NCBI GenBank assembly: GCA_021786385.1
Contig: JAJYNJ010000077.1
Coordinates: 12,329-76,328 of the forward strand
Direction: 5' to 3'
Source of the DNA: Chloroflexota bacterium
GTDB lineage: Bacteria > Chloroflexota > Limnocylindria > Limnocylindrales > CSP1-4
Length of the DNA stretch: 64,000 bases
Position 1 is the stretch's first letter. The number at the start of each line of letters is the position of its first letter. A program made the translations under genes and the position numbers. A model generated the notes under the pieces. That model was not told the origin of the DNA, made no database searches, and was given only the letters and a program-made list of their open reading frames with translations. This document shows, one piece after another, positions 49,649 to 58,782 of the stretch.

Positions 49649-50356
49649 ATGAGTGCTGACGACCTCGCCAACGCCCTGGTCAGCGGCAGCGCCACATGGA
49701 TGGTGCTCTCGCTCGCCGCGGTGCTGCCCATCCTGTGGGCGTTCACGCTGATCCTCCACTTCGCGCGACCGTACGTCGTGCGGTTCCTGCAGGGGCTCAC
49801 CCTCCGCTTCGGCGGCGATGTCTGGTGGCTTAGCTACGTGCTGATCCGCGACGGCCTCATGATCGTGACGCTCGCGCTCAGCATGATCTTCCTGATGCCG
49901 AACCTGTACATCGGGCTCGGCCTGCCGATCACGGCACCGCTCGCGACGGTGATCCTCTTCTGGGCGTTGGTGATCAAGCTCACGCGCGACGCCGACGACG
50001 ATCCGATCGCGTTCCGCTGGGTGAGCATCCTGCTCGTGATCGCCTCGGTCTTCTACATCGTGCCGCAGATCTATGGGGTCGAGGCCGGGGACCAGGTCGA
50101 TATCTGGAACAGCTTTGGCGGTCTCGGCTGGATCCCGGGCGCGCTGACCGCCCAGAACTCCAGCGCGAACTGGCTGAACCCGCTGGCTTGGCCGATCCTC
50201 GAGCTCTCGGTCGCGCTCTTCGGCCTGACCGGTGCCTATCTCTTCGTCCGGTTCCTGTCGCGACTCGGGCGCGACGAGGCGTCGGGGGATGAGGCAGAGG
50301 CCCCGCGAACGGCCTCCGGCGAGCTCACCTCCGCGCACCCCGGCACGGCATCCTGA
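49649..50356 (+). CDS. Uncharacterised multi-TM membrane protein (paralog B)
   Basis: AGGAG RBS, ~5 TM segments, aligns by eye with 49025-49636. Confidence 0.85.
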   Translation: MSADDLANALVSGSATWMVLSLAAVLPILWAFTLILHFARPYVVRFLQGLTLRFGGDVWWLSYVLIRDGLMIVTLALSMIFLMPNLYIGLGLPITAPLATVILFWALVIKLTRDADDDPIAFRWVSILLVIASVFYIVPQIYGVEAGDQVDIWNSFGGLGWIPGALTAQNSSANWLNPLAWPILELSVALFGLTGAYLFVRFLSRLGRDEASGDEAEAPRTASGELTSAHPGTAS

Positions 50357-50423
50357 CAGCCGCGTCGGTGGGCGCACCCGGTGCTCCGGCCGTTACGGAT
50401 GACTCCCGTCGGCCTCGCCGCCG

Positions 50424-53400
50424 CTACCGTCCCGTCCCGGCGGGTGCGTACCCCGTCAGCTCCACATACGCCTCGCCGCCGAGCGGCTGGCCGTCGCGCA
50501 CGGCCGAGACCACCTGCGACCCTTCCCAGTAGACGACGCCCGTCGTTGCGCGCGTGTCGAGCTCTTGGTCGGCGACCGTGGGCCGCAAGCGGATCGTCAG
50601 CCGCTCTGCAGGCAGGGTGATCGTCCAGCCGGCCGGGTACGTCACTTCCGTGCGCGGGCTCGTCCAGCGCCCCGTCACCTGCACAGCGAACGCCGATCGA
50701 TCCAAGTGCTGCGCGGAGCCGTCGGGTTGGACCAGCGTGCCGTAGACGAGCGGGTACGCGCCGGTGGCATCGCGCACGAGCGAGAGCGTCAGGTCCGTCC
50801 CGTCGGCCAGGTTCACCGCGAACCAGTCCCACCCACCGGCACCGACCGCGATGAAATTGCCCCACTGATGGTCGAACCACGCCTCTCCCCGGACCGCGAG
50901 CTGCCGCGTGCCGAGGGTGAGGACGCCCGCGGCTGCTAGCCGCGTGCGCGAGTAGTAATAGGAGCCGCCAGCCGCGCCGAAGTCGATCCACCCGTCGCCG
51001 CCGTGGAGGACGGGTGGTCGGCCCTCCGCGTCGAGCCGGAGCTGCAGCCCGAAGCCGGCGGCCGCGCTGGTCGCGCTGATGATGTCGTGGCCGCCGATCC
51101 CTGCCATGATCCAGGGGGCGCCGATGGACGCCTGCGGCCCGGAGGAGGTCGACGGCGGCCCGGACGCTCCTGCCGACGGACCGTTCGGTGGCGCGACCGA
51201 GATCTCACTTGGGGCCCCGCGGATTCCAAGGGCAAACCCAGCGTCTGGGCCGATCCCGGGCGGCAGAGCCAGGGCACCGAGCGCCACCTTGGCATCCCCC
51301 TCCGCAGCGGGCGGCTGTCCCGCGGCCCCGGACACCTGTGCCGCTTCGACCAGGTCCACCTGTGGTCCGATCTCCGAGCGCTGGTCGTAGACGAAGCGGT
51401 GCCCCGTCTCGTCGGTCAGGGCGAGATGCGACGCCCACGAGACCGGGAACGAACCCCGCTCCGCGCGGAAGATCACGAACTCGAAGCCGAAGCGCTGCCC
51501 CGAGACCGCCTGCAGGTGACCCGTGTAGTACCACCACTCCGTGAGCCGGTCGTGCGGCGCCGCGTCGCGTGGGAACGTGAGCGGCCGGGGATCGTGCGGG
51601 GCCGTGGAGGAAGGAGAGGTCGCTGGCAGCGCTGGGCGGGGGGTCGGGTCGACGCCGAGCAGCCGCCCCTCAGGTGAGCACGCGGCGACGACGAGCGCGA
51701 GGACCGCCATCAGCGCCACCAACTGTAGGATCGCCGCCCCCTCGATGAGCGGGAGCCGCGACTCCACCCAGCGCGCCAGCCGCCGCGGTATCCACCAGTT
51801 CCAGTCCCCCAGCAGACGCATCGTCGCCGGGACGAGCAGGGCTCGCACCACCGTCGCGTCGAGCGCCACCGCGATGGCGACGCCGAGCCCGAGCGCCTTG
51901 ATCAGCACCACGTCGGCGAACGCGAACGACCCGGCCACCACGACCACGATGAGCGCGGCGCTCGTCACGATGCGGCCCGACCGTTCGAGCCCCCGCGCTA
52001 CCGCTTCCCGGTTGTCGCCGGTTCGGTCGTAGACCTCTTTCATGCGGCTCAGCAGGAAGACCTCGTAGTCCATCGAGAGCCCGAAGAGGACACAGAAGAG
52101 GATCACCGGCTGTGTCGTCTCGACGAAGCCGAGCGGCTTGAACGCGAGCAACGCCGAGAGGTTCCCGTCTTGGAAGATCCAGACGAGCGCGCCGAAGCTC
52201 GCCACGATCGAGAGGCTGTTCATGACAAGCGCCTTGAGCGGCAACACCACCGAGCGCAGCAACAGGAACAGCACGAGGTAGGTCGTGAGCATGATGAAGA
52301 GGGCCGTGCGCGGGAACTCGGCGGCCACCGCGCTCACGACATCGGCCACGTCGGCGGCGCCCCCCGCGACCTGCACGGTGATGCCCGGCGGAGGGGCCAG
52401 CGCCGACGATGGGCTGCGCAGCTCGTCGACGAGCGCCCGGAAGGCGCTGCGGTTCGGGTCGAACGGCGTGTAGACGGAGAACGTGGTGAGGTCGCCGCGC
52501 GTGGTGGCGCGCAGCTCGTTTGCCGCGAAGCGGTCCGGTGGCCCACCCGGCGCCCCGTAGAGGAGCTGGTACTGCGAGCGCGTCAGCCGCCGGTCGAGAT
52601 CCACGATCCCTTCGACGCGCACCACGCGCGGGTCGGCCGCCAGGCGGCGCGACCAGTCGTAGAGCTTGCCGATGTTGGCCGGAGCGGTGACCGGACCCGT
52701 CGTGTGGATCGCGAGCACGAGCGGGTCGAACTCGCCCGGCCCGAATTCACGGACGAGCAGGTCGTAGGCCTGCCGTGAAGGGACGCGCTCGGGCAGGATG
52801 CTCGCGTCGGGGGCGTTGAAGCGCGCGTGCAGGAACGGGGCGCCAAACAGCAGCAGGATCGCCAGTGTCGGGACGAAGACCCGCATCGGCCGCGCCATCA
52901 CCCAGCGGGCGAGCCGGCCCCAGACTCCCTCGCCCGCCGCGGCATCCGGGTGGCCGAGCCGTCGTACCGCCAACGCGTCGATGCGCGGGCCGGCGATCGT
53001 CAGCAGCGCCGGCAACAGGGTCATCGCCGCTGCCACGTCGAGCCCCACCACGATCGCGCCGGCGACGCCCACCGAGCGCAGGATCATGAACTCGAAGAGG
53101 ACGAGGCCGCTCAGTCCGAGCAGCACCGTCAGCCCGCTGAAGAAGACCGCCCGCCCGGCCGATGCCACCGTCACAGCGACGGCCGACACGATGGCGTCGT
53201 GGTCGACCTGACCGTCCGGCAGCCGGCCACCGCCCCGCCGCGTCAATTCTTCGCGGAAGCGGCTGGTCATCAGCAGTGAATAGTCGACGCCGAGCCCGAG
53301 CCCCAGGAGCGTGGTCAGGTTCAACACGAAGATGCTCATCGGGGCCAGGCTGGCCAGCACGAAGATGATCGCGAGCGAAAGCGCGACGGCGGTGCCGCCC

Positions 53401-54149
53401 ACCACCAGGGGGACCGCGGCCGCCACAGCGCTCCCGAAGACGAGCAGCAGTGCGATCGCCGCCAGGGGGAGCGAGATCAGTTCGCTGCGCCGCAGGTCGG
53501 ACTCGGAGACGCTCTGAATGTCGCCGTAGAAGGCGGGGCCGCCCGCCAGATACGTGCGGATGCCGGGCACAGGGACCAGCGCGGCCTGCACCGGCGCCAG
53601 GGCTTCAGGCGACTGGTCCGGCGGTAGGTCGAGCGAGACCACCTCGTACACCACGGTCCGGTCGGGACTGACCTGGTGCGGGTTCAGCGTGTGTCGCAGG
53701 ATCCCCGTGACGTGCGCGGCGCGCGGCACGTTGGCGATGGCCCGTGCGGCGGCCGACTCGAACGCGGGGTCCCCGGCCCGGGCGGAGGTGGTCGACTGGA
53801 TCACGACGACGAGCGCGGAGGCTGGCAGCCCGAGCCGGTCCTCCAGGACCTGCTGCGCCTTCGCCGACTCGAGCTGGCTGCTGGTGAAACCGCCGGCGCT
53901 CAGCACGCCGGGGGCACGGGGCGCAAGGGGAGCGGCGAGCAGGAGGAGTGCGGCCCAGGCCGCGACCATGGGCCAGGGATGGCGGGCGACCCACGCGCCG
54001 ACGGCGCCGAAACGACCCGACGGTTGGGCGTAGCGCGGGTCGCGGGGATGCGGCAGCCCGCTCCCACCGGGGTCCGGCAGTCCGGTCCCGCGGCCATCCG
54101 CCGGCTCGGTTGCTGCGCCCTCGACCCGGGGGCGCCCGGCATGGCCCAC
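50424..54149 (-). CDS. MMPL/RND transporter fused to a C-terminal AttH/CrtC-like lipocalin domain
   Basis: GLGVDYSL, GRAVFFSG and FGLSMDYEVFLLSR, then EWWYYTGHL, SYYYSRTRL, WFDHQWG, GWDWF, YWEG in one frame. Start inferred (54149 GTG or 53969 ATG). Confidence 0.88.
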   Translation of the reverse strand: MGHAGRPRVEGAATEPADGRGTGLPDPGGSGLPHPRDPRYAQPSGRFGAVGAWVARHPWPMVAAWAALLLLAAPLAPRAPGVLSAGGFTSSQLESAKAQQVLEDRLGLPASALVVVIQSTTSARAGDPAFESAAARAIANVPRAAHVTGILRHTLNPHQVSPDRTVVYEVVSLDLPPDQSPEALAPVQAALVPVPGIRTYLAGGPAFYGDIQSVSESDLRRSELISLPLAAIALLLVFGSAVAAAVPLVVGGTAVALSLAIIFVLASLAPMSIFVLNLTTLLGLGLGVDYSLLMTSRFREELTRRGGGRLPDGQVDHDAIVSAVAVTVASAGRAVFFSGLTVLLGLSGLVLFEFMILRSVGVAGAIVVGLDVAAAMTLLPALLTIAGPRIDALAVRRLGHPDAAAGEGVWGRLARWVMARPMRVFVPTLAILLLFGAPFLHARFNAPDASILPERVPSRQAYDLLVREFGPGEFDPLVLAIHTTGPVTAPANIGKLYDWSRRLAADPRVVRVEGIVDLDRRLTRSQYQLLYGAPGGPPDRFAANELRATTRGDLTTFSVYTPFDPNRSAFRALVDELRSPSSALAPPPGITVQVAGGAADVADVVSAVAAEFPRTALFIMLTTYLVLFLLLRSVVLPLKALVMNSLSIVASFGALVWIFQDGNLSALLAFKPLGFVETTQPVILFCVLFGLSMDYEVFLLSRMKEVYDRTGDNREAVARGLERSGRIVTSAALIVVVVAGSFAFADVVLIKALGLGVAIAVALDATVVRALLVPATMRLLGDWNWWIPRRLARWVESRLPLIEGAAILQLVALMAVLALVVAACSPEGRLLGVDPTPRPALPATSPSSTAPHDPRPLTFPRDAAPHDRLTEWWYYTGHLQAVSGQRFGFEFVIFRAERGSFPVSWASHLALTDETGHRFVYDQRSEIGPQVDLVEAAQVSGAAGQPPAAEGDAKVALGALALPPGIGPDAGFALGIRGAPSEISVAPPNGPSAGASGPPSTSSGPQASIGAPWIMAGIGGHDIISATSAAAGFGLQLRLDAEGRPPVLHGGDGWIDFGAAGGSYYYSRTRLAAAGVLTLGTRQLAVRGEAWFDHQWGNFIAVGAGGWDWFAVNLADGTDLTLSLVRDATGAYPLVYGTLVQPDGSAQHLDRSAFAVQVTGRWTSPRTEVTYPAGWTITLPAERLTIRLRPTVADQELDTRATTGVVYWEGSQVVSAVRDGQPLGGEAYVELTGYAPAGTGR

Positions 54150-54175
54150 CGACGGCGTCCTGCTGCGGCTGGCTC

Positions 54176-54643
54176 TCAGGCCTCCCCGACGCCAGCCAGG
54201 AGCGGCTCGCAGCCCTCGCCGTCGTCGTCGCGCAGCTCGATCACGGTTTCGACCTCGGCGACGCCACGGATCGTCGCGATCACCGAGCAGTACTTGTCGT
54301 TGCTGAGTCGCACGGCGCGTTCGACGGCGGCACGGTCGACGCCTCGGCCGCAGACGACGTACGTGACGCGGACGCGCGTGTAGGCCCAGGGCGCTTCGGT
54401 CCGCTGTTCGCCGTCGACACGGACCTCGACGCCCGTCACGGGCTGGCGCGCCTTGCGCAGGATCTCGACCACGTCCCAACCAGAGCAACCACCAACGGCA
54501 GCGAGCAGGGTTTCGGACGGCGAGATGGCGTGGAGCGAGCGATCTTCGGTGGGTGCGGCCATCTCGATCGGCTGGTTGGGGCGCGCGCCCAGGGCGACGA
54601 AGGTGCCGCGCGCGGGGTTCCAAGTGACGGTGACGCGTTTCAC
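54176..54643 (-). CDS. OsmC/YhfA family protein
   Basis: SPSETLLAAVGGCSGWDV..LSNDKYCSV (two conserved Cys). Confidence 0.9.
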   Translation of the reverse strand: MKRVTVTWNPARGTFVALGARPNQPIEMAAPTEDRSLHAISPSETLLAAVGGCSGWDVVEILRKARQPVTGVEVRVDGEQRTEAPWAYTRVRVTYVVCGRGVDRAAVERAVRLSNDKYCSVIATIRGVAEVETVIELRDDDGEGCEPLLAGVGEA

Positions 54644-54832
54644 GAAGCTCCTCCGGGTCGTGGGATCGCTCCCTGGCGCACGCAGCGAGGGAGACAGGTG
54701 TTGCGTGCGAGGATAGCCCGATGTAGGATCGCCGGCCCGGCGCCCGGTGGGCTCTGCTGATTGGGCGCGCGCAGGCTCGCGGCCGGCGGCCGTGTGTTTC
54801 GTCGAGCGGCTGCCGGTATGGAGGGGGGGCAG

Positions 54833-55948
54833 ATGAGCGGGGTTCGCGTTCTGGCGGGGACCGCGAAGGGGGCATTCGTCCTGAGCGCGGACGGCGCGCG
54901 CAAGCGGTGGCAGGTGGATGGGCCGTTCTTCGGCGGCTGGGAGGTCTACCACCTGAAGGGCGCTCCCGCCGCCCCGGACCGTCTCTACGCCGCTCAGTGG
55001 ACCGCGTGGCACGGGCAACTGATCCAGCGATCGGACGACGGCGGACGAACCTGGGAGCCGGTCGGCAACCTGTTTACCTTCGACGGCCACGTGGGGAAGC
55101 ACCAGTGGTACGACGGTTCACCACGCCGCTGGGAGTTCAAGCGGGTCTGGCACCTGGAGCCTGCGCCGAACGACCCGGATCAGGTCTATGCAGGGGTCGA
55201 GGACGCGGCGCTCTTTCGCTCAAGTGACGGTGGCCAGTCCTGGCAGGAGCTTGCTGGCCTGCGGAACCACGGCACGGGGCCGCGCTGGCAACCCGGTGCC
55301 GGCGGCCTCTGCCTGCATACGATCCTCCTCGATCCGCACGACTCTCGACGGATCATCGTGGCGATCTCGGCGGCCGGGACGTTTCGGACGGACGACGGCG
55401 GCACCACGTGGCGGCCCATCAACCGTGGCCTCCGATCGGACTATCTCCCCGACCCAGACGCGGAGATCGGCCACTGCGTCCACCGCATTGCCGCACACCC
55501 TGCCGCGCCCGATCGGCTCTTCATGCAGAAGCACTGGGATGTCCTGCGCAGCGACGACGGCGGTGCGGAGTGGTACGAGGTAAGCGGCAACCTACCCACC
55601 GATTTCGGGTTCGTGGTCGAGGTGCATCCACACGAACCGGAGACGGTCTTCGTAGTCCCCATCACGAGCGACAGCCAGCATTACCCGCCGGGCGGCCAAC
55701 TGCGCGTCTATCGGAGTCGGAGCGGGGGTGGCGAGTGGGAGCCGCTGACGCGCGGCTTGCCCCAGCGCGACTGCTACGTCAACGTCCTACGCGATGCGAT
55801 GGCGGTCGACAGCCTCGAACCGTGCGGCGTCTACTTCGGGACCACCGGCGGACAGATCTACGCGTCGGCGGACGGCGGCGACAGTTGGGCACCGATCGTG
55901 CGCGATCTGCCGCGCGTCTACTCGGTGGAGGTGCAGACGCTGCGGTGA
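54833..55948 (+). CDS. BNR/Asp-box beta-propeller protein
   Basis: Repeated SxDGGxTW boxes; GGLCLH, GHCVH, QKHW. Confidence 0.9.
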   Translation: MSGVRVLAGTAKGAFVLSADGARKRWQVDGPFFGGWEVYHLKGAPAAPDRLYAAQWTAWHGQLIQRSDDGGRTWEPVGNLFTFDGHVGKHQWYDGSPRRWEFKRVWHLEPAPNDPDQVYAGVEDAALFRSSDGGQSWQELAGLRNHGTGPRWQPGAGGLCLHTILLDPHDSRRIIVAISAAGTFRTDDGGTTWRPINRGLRSDYLPDPDAEIGHCVHRIAAHPAAPDRLFMQKHWDVLRSDDGGAEWYEVSGNLPTDFGFVVEVHPHEPETVFVVPITSDSQHYPPGGQLRVYRSRSGGGEWEPLTRGLPQRDCYVNVLRDAMAVDSLEPCGVYFGTTGGQIYASADGGDSWAPIVRDLPRVYSVEVQTLR

Positions 55949-56241
55949 TCCGGGTTATCCTGCCGGCCCATCTCCGAGCACTAGCGCGCGCCGATCACGA
56001 ACTGCAGCTCGAGGTCGACGAGCCGGCGAGCGTGCGGCGCGTCCTCGATGCGCTCGAGGCGGCATACCCGCCGCTGCGGGGGACGATCCGTGATCCGTTG
56101 ACGGGAAGCCGCCGGCCGTTCGTCCGCTTCTTCGCCTGCGGTGAGGACCTCTCGTCGAGGGGCCCTGACGAGCCGCTGCCGGCGCCTGTCGCCCGGGGCG
56201 CCGAGCCGTTGCGCATCGTCGGCGCCATCGCCGGCGGTTGA
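55945..56241 (+). CDS. MoaD/ThiS ubiquitin-like protein
   Basis: GTGA overlap; [18 protein letters not shown]-terminal AIAGG. Confidence 0.88.
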   Translation: MIRVILPAHLRALARADHELQLEVDEPASVRRVLDALEAAYPPLRGTIRDPLTGSRRPFVRFFACGEDLSSRGPDEPLPAPVARGAEPLRIVGAIAGG

Positions 56242-56256
56242 CCGACGCGGGTCGGC

Positions 56257-56574
56257 TCACCCGCCGATCACGGCCCAGATGAACCCCATGAACAGGAGGA
56301 GGCCGATCAGCAGGCCGATGAACGCGAGGCCGCCTACCGTCAGATACGAGAGCGACAAGAAGTTGATCGACCCCATCGCTACGGCCCAGACGATCAGCAG
56401 CGCGAGGAAAAGCCACCGACTGTTGCGGCCCGTGACCGCTTGCGCCAGCCTGGTGGAGCGGCCCTCAGGGACGAGCGCGACCCGGAGCATCAGGAAGATG
56501 AACCCGGCGGCGACGGCAACGGCGATGATGTACGCGATCGGTTGCGCGTAAGCTGCCTCGAACGCCTTGTCCAT
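56257..56574 (-). CDS. Hypothetical 3-TM membrane protein
   Basis: MDKAFEAAY.. hydrophobic ORF; TATAGT 7 nt upstream of the ATG. Confidence 0.75.
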   Translation of the reverse strand: MDKAFEAAYAQPIAYIIAVAVAAGFIFLMLRVALVPEGRSTRLAQAVTGRNSRWLFLALLIVWAVAMGSINFLSLSYLTVGGLAFIGLLIGLLLFMGFIWAVIGG

Positions 56575-56829
56575 CGGGACAACTATAACAAACGGCCTAC
56601 ATCGGGAGGCCGTTTGGCCTGTGGTCCCCGGGGGTCGCGGGACGTTGGTCTGGCTGGATGTCGAACGCCCCGGGGCATCGCCGCCCCCGCCGACCACCGA
56701 CCTGCGCCCCTCTCTGGCGGCTGCGCTACCATCTAGCACATACAGACTGCATAAGAAATATGCACCGGGCGCGGGCCCCAGGCCGCTGCAGCGGCGGGAC
56801 GCGCGTCGGTCGCTCGGAGGAGGCAGGCC

Positions 56830-58353
56830 GTGGAGAGGAGCAAGATCGAGGGCATCAGGCCCGGTGGTTCGCGAGGCGCTGCCGCCACGGGCGCCGCGCT
56901 CGAGGCACGCCCCTTCGTCAACCAGCGTGATCCCGCCCGCCGCCTGGGGCCTGACGGCAAGCCCGCGGTCAGCCGCCGCGCACCCATCTGGGCGGACGTG
57001 CCAGACGAGCAGTGGAACGACTGGCGCTGGCAGCTCTCGCACCGCGTCAACACCCTGGAAGAGCTCTCGCAGGTTCTCGACCTGACCGAGGACGAGCGCG
57101 AGGGGCTGAGCGCCCCCGATAAATTCCGCGTCGACATCACGCCCTACTTCGTGAGCCTCATCGACCCGAACGACCCGAACGACCCACTCCGCCGCCAGGT
57201 CGTCCCGACCGGCCGCGAGCTGCGCGCCTTCACCGGGATGATGGAGGATTCCCTCGCCGAGGACCGCCACTCCCCGGTGCCCGGCCTCGTCCACCGCTAC
57301 CCCGACCGCGTCCTGATGCTCGTCACGACGCAATGTGCGAGCTACTGCCGCTACTGCACCCGGTCGCGCATCGTCGGCGATCCCACCCAGAACTTCAACC
57401 GGCACGAGCACGAGGCACAGCTCGACTACATCCGCCGGACCCCCCAGATCCGCGACGTGTTGATCTCGGGCGGCGATGCCCTCACCCTCGCGCCGAAGCT
57501 GTTGGAGCAGGTGATCCGCAACCTGCGCGAGATCCCCCATGTGGAGATCATCCGTATTGGGAGCCGCGTCCCGGTCTTCATGCCGCAGCGCGTCGACGAC
57601 GAGCTCTGCGACATGCTGCAGCGGTACCACCCGCTCTGGCTCAACATCCACGTGAACCACCCGAACGAGATCACGCCCGAGCTGGCGCGGGCCTGCGACA
57701 AGTTGACCCGCGCGGGCGTGCCCCTCGGCAACCAGTCGGTGCTGTTGGCCGGCGTCAACGACTGCGTCCACACGATGCGCGATCTGGTCCAGAAGCTCGT
57801 CGAGATCCGGGTGCGGCCCTACTACATCTACCAGTGCGACCTGGTCGAAGGCGCCGGGCACTTCCGCACGCCGGTCGGCAAGGGGCTCGAGATCATGGAA
57901 GGACTGCGCGGCCACACCTCCGGGTTCGCCGTGCCGACCTACATGATCGACGCGCCGGGCGGAGGCGGAAAGATACCGGTCATGCCCAACTACCTGATCA
58001 GCTACTCCGACCACAAAGTGGTGCTGCGCAACTACGAGGGCTTCATCACCACGTACGAGGAGCCGCTCGACTACACATCACACGACCGCTCGAAGTGCTG
58101 GTATTGCCAACACCAGCGCCCCGAGCCCGGCCAGAAGGGGATCACGGCCCTGCTCGACGGGGACGCCATGTGGGTCGAGCCGGCCGGGTTCACTCAGATC
58201 CACGCCCGCGGCGCCACGGAGGCGCACCGGCTGCAGGACCCGTCGAAGTGGGTGCCGCTCGGCGTCGGTCCGATCGAGGGCCGGCAGGCGCCGCCGGCGC
58301 TCGGGGAGGGCGAGCCGGGCGCGCCAGCCGGCTCCGACACGGACTCCGCCTGA
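56830..58353 (+). CDS. kamA: Lysine 2,3-aminomutase (KamA-family radical SAM)
   Basis: HRYPDRVL, CASYCRYC, NQSVLL, DAPGGGGK, LRNYEG. Confidence 0.88.
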   Translation: MERSKIEGIRPGGSRGAAATGAALEARPFVNQRDPARRLGPDGKPAVSRRAPIWADVPDEQWNDWRWQLSHRVNTLEELSQVLDLTEDEREGLSAPDKFRVDITPYFVSLIDPNDPNDPLRRQVVPTGRELRAFTGMMEDSLAEDRHSPVPGLVHRYPDRVLMLVTTQCASYCRYCTRSRIVGDPTQNFNRHEHEAQLDYIRRTPQIRDVLISGGDALTLAPKLLEQVIRNLREIPHVEIIRIGSRVPVFMPQRVDDELCDMLQRYHPLWLNIHVNHPNEITPELARACDKLTRAGVPLGNQSVLLAGVNDCVHTMRDLVQKLVEIRVRPYYIYQCDLVEGAGHFRTPVGKGLEIMEGLRGHTSGFAVPTYMIDAPGGGGKIPVMPNYLISYSDHKVVLRNYEGFITTYEEPLDYTSHDRSKCWYCQHQRPEPGQKGITALLDGDAMWVEPAGFTQIHARGATEAHRLQDPSKWVPLGVGPIEGRQAPPALGEGEPGAPAGSDTDSA

Positions 58354-58405
58354 ACGGGACTCCGCCCGAACGGGACTCCGCCTGAACGGAACTCCGCCTG
58401 AACGG
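58341..58405. repeat. ~17-18-bp tandem repeat spanning the kamA stop
   Basis: ggactccgcctgaacg units, 3-4 copies. Confidence 0.85.
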
Positions 58406-58416
58406 GGGGATGGGAC

Positions 58417-58746
58417 ATGGCCCCATTGCGCCTCGGGCTCGTGCTGTGGGCTCAGGCGACGCCCTGGACCGCGATGCTGGAGGCGGCCCGAAGAGTCGAC
58501 GCCCTCGGCTACGACCAGCTCTGGACCTGGGACCACCTCCACGCGATCTACGGCGATTCCGACCAGGACTACTTCGAGGGCCCCAGCGTCCTGGCCGCGT
58601 GGGCGGCGTCGACCGAGCACGTCCGGCTCGGCCCGATGGTCGGCGCCAACACCTTCCGTAACCGCAGGCGTATGCCAAGCAGACGGCGACCCTCGACCAC
58701 ATCAGCGGCGGGCGGGCGATCGCCGGCATCGGTGGACGCGGGCTGA
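58417..58746 (+). pseudogene. Truncated, frameshifted LLM-class (F420/flavin) oxidoreductase
   Basis: LWTWDHL..LGPMVGANTFRN, then an alternate frame reads AKQTATLDHISGGRAIAGIG, after which homology ends. Confidence 0.8.
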
Positions 58747-58782
58747 ACGGCCGGCCGCGCTCGGCCGCTCCCGGAGGGAGAC

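Noticed and set aside
54150-54875. N-terminal extension of the 1483-aa MMPL ORF
   Set aside because: It overlaps the real OsmC gene in another frame and is low-complexity.
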